Assembly (NCBI RefSeq): GCF_000143415.4
Contig: NW_003314292.1
Coordinates: 1 to 64,000, forward strand
From: Selaginella moellendorffii
Lineage: Eukaryota > Plantae > Lycopodiophyta
DNA: 64,000 nucleotides
Reading direction: 5' to 3'
Made by a program: the position numbers and the translations under genes. Each line of letters begins with the position of its first letter. Positions within the stretch are counted from its first letter, which is position 1. The notes beneath the pieces are model-generated. The model was not told the origin of the DNA. It worked only from the letters and a program-made list of their open reading frames with translations, and ran no database searches. Positions 11,700 through 25,045 of the stretch are shown here, piece after piece.

Positions 11700-13417
11700 T
11701 GTCTTCTTTTTTGCTTTTTCCTTTTCATTCATCTTCATGGTAGAGTAATAGCCTCCTCCTCTAACTCTGGAGTAGTAGTTGGTGTAGTTGTTCAATGCTA
11801 TGCAATTGCAACTGAACAATAAAACTCAATTCATGGCTGTATTTATACACATGGTACATTTCCTTTTACTCTTGCTACTAATCCTTATGTTTGGTTCAAT
11901 CACTTTATAATGATTGTTATATATTATTTTTGGGATGATGTTTAATGTTTGCATGAGTTTCCCATGTGTTTTCAAGGGATGGCATTGCAATAGTATAATA
12001 GTTTGAATGCAACCACTCATATGAATTAGAGCATTTTCCCAAATGTTTTCAAATGCATATTTGAATATGTCAACAATTGTGATGATGCCTTCTAACAATT
12101 GCATTGTCTTTGTTAAAGGCTATTTGAGTTAATGATGCAATTTAAGGTTTGTTTTAGAAGCCTTTTATTTCATGTGGAGCCAAATATGTCAAAGTAGATC
12201 AAGTAAGGAATGTTGTGGTTAACATTTTATTAAAATTTTGTAAAACTTGTATATGTACTCAGACTTGGTTCTGACAATTCCACATGTTATGTGCTAGTCT
12301 TCTTGTATCCCTTTTCTAGAGGGTTGCTTATTAATCACTTCATACTTGTTTCTTGAGCACTTTGTTGGAAGTTTTGTTTTTTCTCTTGACTTTTTGAGTC
12401 AAAGTTTTTAGTCCAAATATGTTATATTTGTTTAGCTTCTACTTTGGCTATTACCATATAACACCCTTTCAACTCCACTTTAGGGTTTAAGGATTTGTGT
12501 CTCACAATTCCACCATTCATGGACAAAGTTCGATATCCTTATTGAATGATAAACCATTTCATAAAGTAACCCCATCATGGATTATTATTTTCCTTAGCAC
12601 CAAGCCAATATTCATTAATGGTTAAACATTGAAGGCTCACCATGCCTTTTCCATCTCTTAAGGAGTATAGTTTTTACAACTTAAAGTCTCATTAGATCAT
12701 ATGTAATGGTTCTTTCCCTTTGTTCATTTAGTTCTTATTAAACCTGTTAGAGACACCTTCTCTATCTCACTTTTACTACTTATTCCAGTGTAGTCTTAGG
12801 CTCTATCAATATAACCATCATACTTTAAAACTATGATGTTGACTTCTCAAGTCAATTTCTTTAGTATTTTCAACATTTTGCATTGCACATATGATACAAA
12901 CTCTAGTTCTCCATCCTAAAAAATCCTTTAATTGAGGGCACCATCATCCTCTTTTTTACTTTGTGCCACCTTAGACACTAAATTCCATTAATTCATAATT
13001 TATCCTAGGACTATCCATGGCCTTATTATTTGCTGCTTCATCTCTTGGAGCTATTGCATTTACCATATTGGAGCATTTGGGAAATCCATCTTTGGAAATA
13101 TATTTCCTTTCCCACAATTCATTGATATCTACTACATGTGTGTTCCTTATCTAACTTGTCATTTGAATTCCTTTTAATAATTTTTATAATCCATTCTTAG
13201 CTATTAGTCTTTTGCTCCTATCTTTTGATTATTGCACTAGTTTATATAGATAATATCCTTAAATCTCTGAGGAAAACCTTTTACTGTTCCCAAAATCTTA
13301 GAGTCATTCCCTTATTAGCCCTTTTTTTATCCATCACATTACTTACATATTCATATATAAACTAAAGTGGAGAGCCATGCTCTCTCGATATACTACTCAA
13401 GGATGGACTCACTCTTA
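11700..13417 (-). mobile_element. Highly decayed, AT-rich retroelement-like remnant
   Basis: No intact ORF; only faint protease-like traces near 12800-12950. Confidence 0.25.
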
Positions 13418-14479
13418 GGGGCGCAGACCATACTTGAGCTCATGAGTTGAGCTCAATTTTCAATTGTAATTTAGTACAAACATTATAAATTTTAAAATTT
13501 TAAGGTTATGGCGAACCTAATAATTTAATAACTCTCTATATATTATATAGATAAAAATGTTCTAAAGAACACTTTTTGTTCTAATAATTTAAAATTTTAC
13601 TACATGCAATGATAGGGACATTTGTTAGAACATAAAATAAAATGTTTGCAAAAAGAGTATTCTTGTCACTTCTTTAAATTTGTACTCTATGCTTTCTGGC
13701 TAGTAAATGTTAGGTTTTTCAGAATTTAAAAATTATTAAATTTGAAATAAGATTCTATGTAAAGCCATATAACCGTTTGAAAGGAAAAAAAATAACCATT
13801 GATGTAAGCTTATTGCATATAAAAGAAAGACTTGGTTCTTTGTAGAATACATTCTTGAGGGGTTTGTTATAGCATACTGTCTAGAATTTAAAAATCTTCA
13901 TTCACACTCTCATTTGAAAAAAGGGAAATACACCCACAAATGTTTATGGGTTCTAGTGTTGGTAATTTTAACTCTCACAATCTTTCTTCCCAGGGTTCAA
14001 GGGCTAGGAGATGCAATAACTATCCTATTGCATAGCATAACCAAATCACACAAGAGAATGAAAGAGAGGATAGTGAAGATAGTGATCATGAGTTGGAGAT
14101 AAATGCAATGACAAAGGGTGCAACGAATTGGGTGAAAAAGAATGCCCTCTTACTTGTTTTAGAAAAGTGCAATTCTGCCACTTTCAAGAAGTGCCCCATA
14201 TATTTTCTAGCATCTGGTGGAAACAATGGCAATGATCAGTATGATGGTATATATGCTCTTGCGACACACTGCAACATCACGCACCTGAAAGACTACCATG
14301 AAATCTTTTTTGAGATGGTAAAGACAAAAATGGAGACATACGAGTACTATGGGTAGTATTGCGAGAAGGACACTCGGAAGCATATAAAATGAAAAGTGAA
14401 ATGAAAAAGCACATTTTTATTAATTATATAAAGTATAATAAGTTTTATTGATAGAGAATAAACATCGATAATATTGAAG

Positions 14480-17071
14480 AAATCTAGTTAGCTCCAAAAG
14501 TTTTCTACAACTCAGCAATAGTAAGGCTTGCTTGGTGTATATGAATATCCACTTTAGGATCCTGGTGCAAGATGTTAATGAAGATATAGTACATATGCTT
14601 ACAAGGAGCATATGCCTTCCCATGTTCCTCGCGCTTTGTAAAGTCTAGACATGTGCAAGAAGGAAAGTCGTGAATGGCAATTGTGTACTCTCCACCTTCT
14701 GTTTTGACTGTGTACGCCTTTGCAAGCGCAATGATGTACTTTGTGGAGAGAATCTCACACTCAAGTGTTTGAGCCAAGTTTATTTTACCTTACTTCTGCT
14801 TGGAGATGGTACCAATAAATTTAACTGCCTTACCTTTTCGTGCTGGCCTCCTATGCATCTTTGTAGGAATAGTCCTGCTCCTGTCACTCATGTCTCCAAC
14901 TCTCCTCTCAAGATTAAAACCAGATTTCTCAAGGTTTTCAATCTCATCCGAGGTGAGCGCGACCCCATTAGCAACCAGCCATTCTTTAGTTATTGCATCA
15001 GGTTTAGTCACTATAGTGTCTTCAAGCCGCTTCGTATGGTTGGTGTCAATGTTGCAACAATATAGCCAGCACCATCTTGAAAATCTTGCTTGCTTTCGTT
15101 CCCCATAGAAACATGGGGCTGGAATAGAAGTAGATTTTTCACCATGAATCCAGGCTCAACACTTGCCCCTCGGAAGCATCCCCACACACCTTACATTCGA
15201 TTTTGCAGGCATGCGTCGGATTGCCCATTGCTTCGACTCCACGCTACGGTAAGCAATTTCAACCTATTGCGATGCACTCTCTTCATTAGCCACTTGAGGT
15301 GTCTCGGTCCAAGAGCGGTGTCTTGGAGTAGAATGGTACTCGACATCAAGCTTGTGAGAGCTTTTGGCTCCAAGGTCCGTACCAACATCTTCCCCAGTAA
15401 AGGAAAAATGACGCTTTGAGCAGACAGTCTTCATATCACCAATAGAAACTCGAGGAGTGTATTTCATAGATGTGCCACAGACCACTTCCTCAACTACAGT
15501 TGCCACTGTTCGGGCAGGTGGAGTTAATTTTCTCTTCATCCTATCATGTAACATCTCAACAGAAGGCCCTGTTCCCATATATCTTCCTTCCTCGAATGCC
15601 AGTGCTTTTGAAGATTGCTCTATAGCACGTATCAAATCTGATAGACAGGCTTTGTATAGACTCATCTTCCCTTTCCTTGCCTCAGAGGAACACCAACTCC
15701 AATACTTACTTTCGGAGAGATTCACAGTTGGGGTGTATGCGAGGTCCTCAAGTGGTTGATTCTAATGGAAAAGGCAATATTAAAAGGTAATAAAAGGAGA
15801 AGAAAAAATATAAATGTAAGCTCCTAAATTTGGACTTCCCGAGAGATCACCCAGCCCAGTACTATTCAAACCCAAGGATGCTTAACCCCAAATATCCCAA
15901 GACCTTTAACCGTTTGAAAAAGAGAGTGCACTCTTATTCATGGGTCTTTTCCCTCTATATTTGAACCTCTATGGATCGTCTCTTGAGTCATTCCCTTTGG
16001 TTGCTTACAATCCACCACGCTTCCCTACAAGTTCACGCCCTCGTGAACGGAAGCTGAGAGCCGTAGCTCTCCTGAGAGCCCCGCTCTCTTAACACCCTAC
16101 CCCTCGGGTCGAGCCCAGCGGGAGTAAACTGGACCAGCCAGATGTCAATCAACATGTGGTTAGCCAACCAACAGAGTCGGACCCGAGACCGCTCTGATAC
16201 CAAATGTAAGCTCCTAAATTTGGACTTCCCGGGAGGTCACCCAGCCCAATACTATTCAAACCCAAGGACGCTTAACCCCAAATATCCCAAGACCCTTAAC
16301 TGTTTGGAAAAGGGGGTGCACTCTTATTCATGGGCCCTTTCCTTCTATATTTGAACCCCTATGGATCGTCTCTCGAGTCGTTCCCTTTGGTTGCTTACAA
16401 TAAACCAACCTGAAAAGAGTGATATCCCCATTGGAACATCCTAACTTCCCACCATCCTAACCATGACTTAAGTTGTGGTAGGCAACTTACGTCTATATCG
16501 CCATATTCACATCACCACATTTGGATCTCGTTTGCTTTTGCCTCATGCTCTTCTTCAGAAGGTGCAACCTGCCATTGTTTGCACAACTCCTTAAATATTG
16601 ATTGAAACTCTGGCTTGATAAGGTGGTAGTGCTGGTTTAGGCTTTGAGCCCAATGGAACTCACAAGTCCTCTCACGACCTTCTAATGGTTGACCATTCCC
16701 AAAAACTACTTGGATACCATTCCAGTTTGCACCAGCCCCATCTGCCATGAAACCACGAAAGTTTGCAGGCTTACCAGTCCGCTTTAGGACAATATCAGAG
16801 AGGGACTTCCAAAATATTTCCTGTGCTGTCTGGTCTTGTACTTTAAACTTTGCTGTCGCAATTGTTAAGTTGTAACGTAGCCTATGAAAACATAAATATT
16901 ATAACAATTTCAATAAAATGAGAATAAAAATTACTTTAGATCATACATATAAGCTCTCATGGTTGTTCAACCGGATACACGCTCTGGTCAAAATGTACCC
17001 ATGCATTTGCAAGGTCACTGGACCCAAACATGTCCATTCGGGAGACAAGATTTACGCCAGAGGCAGGGCCC
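14480..17071 (-). pseudogene. MULE transposase, C-terminal part (DDE core + SWIM zinc finger)
   Basis: DLANAWVHFD..RVSG*TTMRAYMYD, FRGFMADGAGANWNGIQVVFG..RERTCEFHWAQSL, and SCTCLDF..CKHMYYIF. Contains introns, stops and frameshifts. Confidence 0.85.
15815..16399 (-). mobile_element. Cassandra-type TRIM (5S-like LTRs), inserted in a transposase intron
   Basis: 195-bp LTRs at 15815-16009 and 16205-16399 (TG..CA), TSD ATAAA, PBS TGGTATCAGAGC on the minus strand. Confidence 0.92.
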
Positions 17072-17517
17072 ATGGAAGCTCTATTTCGTTAAAGTGGGAA
17101 TTGTCATTATCCCACTTGTAAAATAAGGTTTCCAAACCTTTATATAGTATATAAATATAACAAAATTCAACTGCATTGAGGCACATGCCATTTTATTTTA
17201 AACAAGGAAATGTCTACTCAATCACTTCTCCTCCCCCTGCCACTGCTTCACTTCTCTCTTCTCCTTGTCATCATCGTCTAATTTCTTTCCATCCTTTTAA
17301 TATTAGCTCAGTTGCTCCGAGTCTAGGTGGAGCCCAAGTCCCCATTCAATCTTTACTTTCCCCTTATTAATAAAACAACTTCGTAGACTTCCAATAACAT
17401 GCTGTTACACTTCTAGTATAATGCAAATCCTCTCAAAGAATTGTCTTTTAATATTAATACAATGGCATGGAACCCCATGCCATAATAAGTTACATTTTTA
17501 AATAAATACATGCCATC

Positions 17518-19037
17518 TCAGACTGTTATTTTTTGCCTCCAACGCCTATACAATAATCTTGGAATTTCATCACTCTCCACACTATCAGGATTTAAACCCA
17601 ATAGTAATGCCATCTCTTCTCTAATACGTCCACGCTCATGTTCAGTGGTCGAAGAACCCATCCGGTTGAGCAGATTATGGAGATGCGGATAGTGCTTGGC
17701 TAGACAATATACATGCCATAAATGATGACTGGTGTCTGTCCGATCAAATGGCTTCTGATATACCGTTCCATCTGCCATTTGGTTGATTTCTGCAGCCACC
17801 TCCTGGACTGGCCGGTTCTCTATCACCATCGCTCCAAGCCGTTTTGCAAGGTCCCCCAGAACATACGGTTTCTTCTCCCTAGTTTCCATACTGCAAGAGA
17901 TGGGGTGCACTGCATATGTGTGCGTGTTCGTTGCAGTTTTAATCGGCGAGTCATCGATGATGAGGATTTCACTTGACCTAGCAGTCCGGTTCATCACTAT
18001 AGCCTCTGGCTTGACGAAGATGGGCTTGCTACCCCTCACATGGACCATAGTCAAGCAATCCTCCTGCATTAGGAGAAAGTCAAATGGTAATATTACTCGC
18101 GTCTGATCGTGCATCATCTGTAGCAACGTTAATGCATTGTGGCGCATCATGGATGTCCAAACTCCCAATTGCAAATTGAACCCGGCCCTTTGTTTTAAGT
18201 GTCGCATGGTCATTATTAGATCCCGCAGTTTCTCCCGTGTGATTAATGTGAATCTGTCTCTTTTGACCAACTTGCGACCGTAGGCTTTGGAGGGTGCAGT
18301 GACATTCGAGGACAAGCCACGCTCATGGGAGAAAAGGACACCGTTCAGATCAAAAACGATACAGTACCTTCGCCGTGACTCTGAAATGAAATGCGTCAGC
18401 ATAAAAAATGGTACAAGTCAATTTTACCATCTACAATATTAGCGAATGGTGCTCCCGATGGTCGTTGAGAGGGTTTTGGTCGAGGAAACGTGAAGGGCGG
18501 AAATACTCTCCTCTGCAATGTGGGGTCAATCGCATCCGATGGCGTGTGGGCACATGCCATTTCAGCTGTAGACTCTGGTACAACTGGCTCAATAGTGGCA
18601 TGGGGTGGTTCCAATGGCGTGTGATCACACGCCATTTCAGCTGGTGCCTCCATTGGCAAAGTGGACATGACCGAACAAGCAGCAGGGGCGGTGTAGGGAG
18701 GTTCCAACGGCACATAGTCAGACAATTGGGCACACGTTGAGTCCGTTGGAAATGAGGATATGACCGGCTCGGCGGCTGGGGTAGCCTCATGCGGGTCCAA
18801 TGGCGCCTGGTCACCGTTAGTTGGATACGTGGACAAGATTGACTCAGTGGTATGGGCAGCATCAAGTGGAGTGTGGTCAGCTTGCTTGGCGTTGATATGG
18901 ATAGTAGCCTCCACCAGCTCTGATGACTCTTGCAGGCAAGTAGAGTCCACTGGCGGATCCATATGCATGTCCAAATATCTCCCTTCGATTGAGATGGTAT
19001 CCTCCCTACTGGCTACTAAAAACAAACTCATTAGCAC
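17518..19037 (-). CDS. FCP1/NIF-like HAD phosphatase-domain protein with a repetitive N-terminus; probable frameshift near 18400
   Basis: IVFDLNGVL, LGVWTSMMRHNA and ILIIDDSPIK motifs in ORF 17518-18402. The upstream ORF 18396-19037 abuts it at a T-run. Confidence 0.65.
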
Positions 19038-19234
19038 ATTGAATTGACTATACTGTATTTACCATCAACTACTATTGAGGAACTAGGACCGATATCACTT
19101 GGGCGCACTGCTGATTCTGAAGGATTGGACATACGTTTCGACCCTTGCTTGGCACTATCCTTCCTCGACACTAAAGGCTAGAGTTTGTATCTTAATTCAA
19201 CTGAATAATCTCTACTTACCATTTGCTCTGCGAC

Positions 19235-22200
19235 CTACATGGACAATGTTAGAAATGGTAAAAGGTTAGGAATGGATGTACTATTATTTACCTGATGGTT
19301 TGTCTTGTATGACCTTCCTCCGCTGCTTTTTGGCCACCTCAGGCTGGCCATCGTCGTCATCATCATCGTCGTCGTTATTGTGATCGTCACCATTGTGAGG
19401 ACCATCCAAGTCCTCTTTGTCCTCCTCTTCTTCGTCCTCCTCTTCTTTGTCCTCCTCTTCGTCCTTCTGCTCTTCCTGCTCATTATCTTTCTCTGGCTCC
19501 TCATCCCCCTCCTGCATTTCTTCCATAGGCTGCTCAGGCTGGATGGCTTGTTCTTCCAGGACCATCTTGGGAAAATCATTTGGCCGAGTCTCCATCTCAA
19601 AATACAAGACATCCATAGCCTGTTTTAGTGCGTGACCTAGGACCGTATCCTCACCCGACTGTCTTAATATGGTTTCTGCACTTTCTTGCACCCTTCGAAG
19701 ACGACGAGATGAGAAAAACGTGGCCCTGACTTGAAAAGCATCCCTCATCCATTGTACCTCTCCATTGAGATTGGGGAAGGGGAGTCCGCCATAGGAATCT
19801 GAGTCAGGAGGTGGTGACTGGCTGCTTTCACTCAGCCCTTGATCTGCAATGAATGGCATGAGCACACACGCCATAACCGCGAGGCATTACCTATCATCTT
19901 TTTGTTGCCCTTCTTCCTTTTCGAATCAAATCCCTTTGATCCCGACGACTGTCCAACGTGCTTTCGCTTTTTATGACCACTATCAGTTTGAGCTTGGCTG
20001 GTGCTTGCCTGTTTTGCCTTTGAAGAAGTGTCTCCTGCAAGGAATGGCATGAGACCACACGCCATTGCAAATATAATTTGTACCTCCTTTTTTCCTATTG
20101 CTTGTCTGTTTGTCCTTCTTCGACGTGCCACCAGTGCGCTTTTCAGTCCTCATGTCTAAATATTCACAACGATCTATAATCAAAATGGCGTGAGGCCTCA
20201 CGTGACCTTACCTTGTGCAGGTTGTGAGCTCGGCCCAACATGGGTATCTTCAACAGTAGTTGTTAACGCCGTTTCAGCATCTGGGGGTGGCCACGCTCCT
20301 GCATACAGAGCTTGTGAGATAACATTTAAACTTAAAGTGCGTATTCACTAGGTTTGCAGAGAAGATACTGTTTTTCTTTGGCAACTGTAATTATATGCTC
20401 CATTGAAGTCACCTCTTCAATGGAGTTTGTCACCGCAACACACGGGACACCCTTGAGTAGTGCGGCTCGAAAGAATAGTCCGCCGCAGTTGTACTTGACA
20501 ACGCATTTGCCCTTGGAGTCGGAAGCAGGTGACCCACCCGCTATTGGGTTAAAGACCCAGCTGAGCATTTCCCATGCTGCACCTGGAGCTTTCTTTGGAT
20601 TCAAAAGCTCCATAGCTGTCTTCAGTTCCTCAGGCACGGGTAAATTGACCTCCCTCAGATCAATTCGATCGGCCTTGTCGAACGAAGCTGGGAAGTCACT
20701 CCAGTCCCACTCTACTGCAGGACCAATAACAAGGGCGAGTGTGAAGATGCGGACATTCGTCGGTATCTTCTTCTTAGCCATTATCCCATGGATCTCCCGC
20801 ATCTCCTTGCCTTTCAACCGAGCCTTCACCTCGTTCAAGGCCTTCCAGAACTTGTGATAGGATTCGGAGTCGTATAGTGGACTAAAGATTCCACCTCCGC
20901 AAGTCCCACCATTAAGTCAATGATGGAGCTGACTTCGTCTGCATGAGTGATCTCCTCGTTTGTGAAGTCCATCACACAAAAGATGTTCTTGACCTGCTCA
21001 TCTCCGCAGGAAACGATGCTCCTCCACCTTTGATCCTCATCCGAATTCATGTATACCCGGTAAGGTTCTCGATAGGCCTCTGCTGTGGGGTCGAGCTGTT
21101 TCTGAAGCCGGCGGTCGACATCCCTTTTAATGAAATTTGGATACTGATCCAACTTCTCAGCTTTACTTTTCGTGGCATCCCGCAGCAGATCGATGAACTT
21201 GGGGGCCCCCTTCACGTACTCGTCAATGTCTTCATTTGACAACTCCAGCGCTTCCATCATCTCTTGTGTGGTGTCGATGCTCACCCTCTCCACGGCCACT
21301 TGCTCGAAGATTCAATCCTTCAATAGCGCACGAGCTCTCAGAGTCGTGCACAAGTCCTTGTATGTCACAATATGGCCGGGAGTCATTTTGGTCTTGTTGA
21401 AGACTACCTCACCACGTAGAAGAGCATTAGCCACTGTCAGAAGGTCGTCGTCGTCTAGAGACCGCGAGAAACGCAAGGCGTTGAGCTTCAAATCATTGGG
21501 CTTCTGGCCGTCCTCCACACCCATTGAGTTTAGCAACTCCCCGTCATGGTACCTCCTCAGCACATCTACCCATTTGTCAAAAACAACTTTTGTCGCGAGT
21601 AGAATGTTATGGATGCTGAGTGTGTCATTGACCCCCAATGTTTTCGAGAGAAGACTCGAGAATTCCTGCAATGGAAATGGCGTGAGGCCACATGCTATGC
21701 CACATGCAACGAGGATTACCTGCCAGGCGCTAGTTGCTAGTGCACGTCCTTGTCCTGGTTTTTGTGGCTTCTTCAGTTGAACCCAGAGCTTCCGTGTTCG
21801 TGCCAATGTCTCGTGCAGACCCGATTTGTAGCACCTTGCTTGACATTCTGCGCATGGGAGATGTATATGATAGATCGGAGGGGCGAGTTGCCTTTTATCA
21901 GGCGGACAATTCTTGTCTTGAAGACTTTCTTCACCTCCTCGCCCACCATAATATCCACAACTATCTCTTGCATCGCCAAGCTAGAATGCTGCCCGGAGAC
22001 GGTATAGAACCGGATGTTCTGATCGTCCAACACCTTCCTATTGATCAAGTTTGGAAACCTCATCTCGCCCTTCATTGTTCGGTAGTAGGGGATCACGTCT
22101 ACGATGTCGGGTGTTACTGGACTTGCCAGAATCTTCTGCTTTAGTTTCTCCACCCACTCATCAGATACTAGCTTGTGGTTGTATTTGCTTTGGATGTCGA

Positions 22201-22890
22201 TATGGCTTACGTCGATTGTATATACTTTGTTGGAATAGTAACAAGTACTATTATCTGCGACAATTTTTGCTGCCTCTTCTTGCTCTTTGCTCTTTGCGGC
22301 TCTTCTTTTTGGTGGGTGTAGTGTTCGAACCCGAGGCAATGGCATCACCGAGTAGCTTCTTTTTTGGAGCAGGAGAGTCGGACGTCGGCTTGAGCTTGAC
22401 CACCCTTTTCTGCTTCGGGGTAGTTTCCAGATCGACCCCCTTCCCCTTCGCTTCGCGAACTGGAGGCACTCTCAACGGCTCAATATTGGAATATAGTTTT
22501 TGAACATCGCCATAGGTGAGGTCTGTGGATTCCATGTGATCTTCATAGACCCGCAACGTCTTTGAAATTGTGGGCCTCCTGGACAACCTCTCCCTAGCTC
22601 CCTCTAGGAATTCCTCATAGCCCCTGCCCCCCTCCAGGAAGCCGCTAGGATGTGCAAGGTGGATCTTGAAGGCGGATGCTGTCTCTACCACAAGTGCCAG
22701 TCCATATTCTTGCATGGAACTGCATGGAGTGTCTGTCACTTGGATGAGGATCCCCATGCATTCTTTTCTCCCACCATCTGTGTTGTACAGCCTTAGATCC
22801 TCGCCTTCCATCCCGAAAGTCCAACTGGTGAGCTCCTCCCCTTCTCTGCATCCACATTGACAGTGGCTGGAAGAAGAACGCAATTCCTCA
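19235..22890 (-). pseudogene. Sola cargo gene: ParB-like domain, degenerate MTase-like C-terminal region and acidic tail
   Basis: IDVSHIDI..VEKLKQKI..FYTVSGQHSSLA in ORF 21773-22348. KKAPGAAWEMLSWVF..CVVKYNCGGLFFRAALLKGVPCVAV in ORF 20332-20838. Broken into several ORFs. Confidence 0.55.
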
Positions 22891-23354
22891 CCTGTTCAGA
22901 AATGCACAACAATTAGAGCTGACAGATGAAAAGCTAGCAGCTGGAAATAACGTGAGGCCATACGCCATTCACCACTGCATCAGATGTCTTGAGGCTACAT
23001 CCTAAGATAGCGTGAGGCTACACGCCATCTATAACCTGACTGCACTCGAGAGCCCAATCGGTGCATGCCAATGTTGCTACTGAATGGCATGTGGCCTCAT
23101 GCCATTTTCTACTTGGCCTAAAAGACTTACCATTTGAAGCCAAATGGAGGCATGACAATCGAGGCCGGACTCGCTGGTGAATGTGCACTGTGTGTGCAGC
23201 GGATCTTAGCAGCAAGGCTACTCTGCCACTTTCAGTTGGAGAGTGGCGCTGAAATCTCCCGGGACGCCAAGTGGGCTGCGTGTGGGTGGCGGAGTGGGCG
23301 GCGGAGTTGGTGGCGAAGTTACAAACTGGGTGTGTCTTGAAGTGGACGCCAATG

Positions 23355-23490
23355 CACACGAGCGCGATGCGAGCGCGAGTGTGATGCAAGCGCGAGTGGA
23401 CGCTGATGCACACGAGAAACCTGTAGAGAAGGTAGATGAGCGCGAATGTGAGCGTGATCGCGAGTGGGAGCGCGATGCGAGCGCGAGTAT
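23355..23490. repeat. GAGCGCGA-rich short tandem array
   Basis: Repeated gagcgcgatgcgagcgcgagt. A related gcgagcggcgctac array lies at about 24565-24680. Confidence 0.7.
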
Positions 23491-25045
23491 GATGCAAAAC
23501 CAAGATTCTACAGTTTGGTGTGCATTGACCTTTCCATCGACACTGCAAAGGGACATCACAATCAAATGCGGGATCACAAGAAACCAACTTCACTAACTCT
23601 GGTTTCACCAAGATCTACGTAAGGAGTTATGAAATGAAAGGACCCTCTCTATTGAAATGTGTTTATGGTCCTGACATATCAAAGGATTTTGCATCAAGTT
23701 CTGTATTTGCATGTTTATCAAGCTACTGAATTGCTAAACCCTAAACCCTAAACATGTGGCAAATGCTGCGTGAAGAAAGATGCCCTTTCTGGGCAAATGC
23801 TGTAAGAGGCAGATGCCGAGCAGATGTATCTCAGGCTAGCGAAGGGGATAAATGAAAGCTAGTTATAAACATGACGGGATGCAAATAGATTACTAGGCTG
23901 GTCCTGCGAAAATCAAAAACCATAATTCAAAACATTGAAAATGCAAAAAGAAAGGTTTATAATATTTTTGAATTTTAAGCAACCAAAGGAATGTAAGTAG
24001 GGCATGTGTTTGTAAGTTTAAAAATGCCTCAACCACTTAAATTCCCAAGTAAATAAAGCTGTTTCTATTTTTGGTACAGGTAAACTTTATAGCGTGTGGG
24101 CTCATGCAATTTTGAACCCAAAAATGCACCAAAAAATGCTCGACTAGCATTATTCTTTGAATGGCGTGTGGCCTTATATTGCCATAAATGGACGTACACA
24201 CAGCATAAATATTCCTTTACACGGCAAATAATCTTGGCGCAGATCGCTGACACGGCATGGCAAAGTTCGAATCACTGACATGGCACAGCTGGATCGAGGC
24301 AAGGACATGATGTGACAAAGTTCAACCTCCGACAACAAAGTCTAGAAGCTACTCAGTTTGAAATTTGTCAGAGGAATCATAAGATCTGGTTTGTCAGAGG
24401 ATTTGATGTGACATTCAAGCGTGTGTTATTTTTGAATTCTCGAACTCATTCCTAGGTCTATCATTTTTGTGCGCCGTGTTCTTGGTTCTGCTGAGCGCAG
24501 TGAGCGCTGCTTGTGTAAGCGGCGTTGTGAGCTGTGGTTTATGCATCTACAAGCGGTTGCGGCATTGCGAGCGCCATTGCGAGCGGCAGTTTATGCAAGT
24601 GGCAGTTTGTGCGAGCGGCGCTACAAGCAGTTGTGGTGTTGCGAGCGGCGCTACGAGTAGTTGCAGTGTTGCGAGCGGCACTGTCTTTGGTGTGGCTACC
24701 GCTTCCTCTTGATATTCGGCACTTGTGCTTCCTGGTATGTTCACCATGGAATGGCTTAGGACCACATTTAGAAATGGCATGAGGCCACATGCCATCTTGG
24801 GCCCTTGCAATTTCATGGCTAGCGTATTGTCATATATGTTTTTACTTGCCTGCAGCTGTGTGTATATCAAGATGGCATGAGGCCTCATGCCAATTTTGTG
24901 AATGCGAAATTTCACGTGGGTGTCAATAGCATGTTTGAATAATGGCATGTGGCCTCATGCTATTGAGGTTGTTTGGTATGTTATGATTTAGGCCATTCTC
25001 CAATCATTTTTTGTATGGTCTTAACTTCTTTTCTGCACTTTCAGA

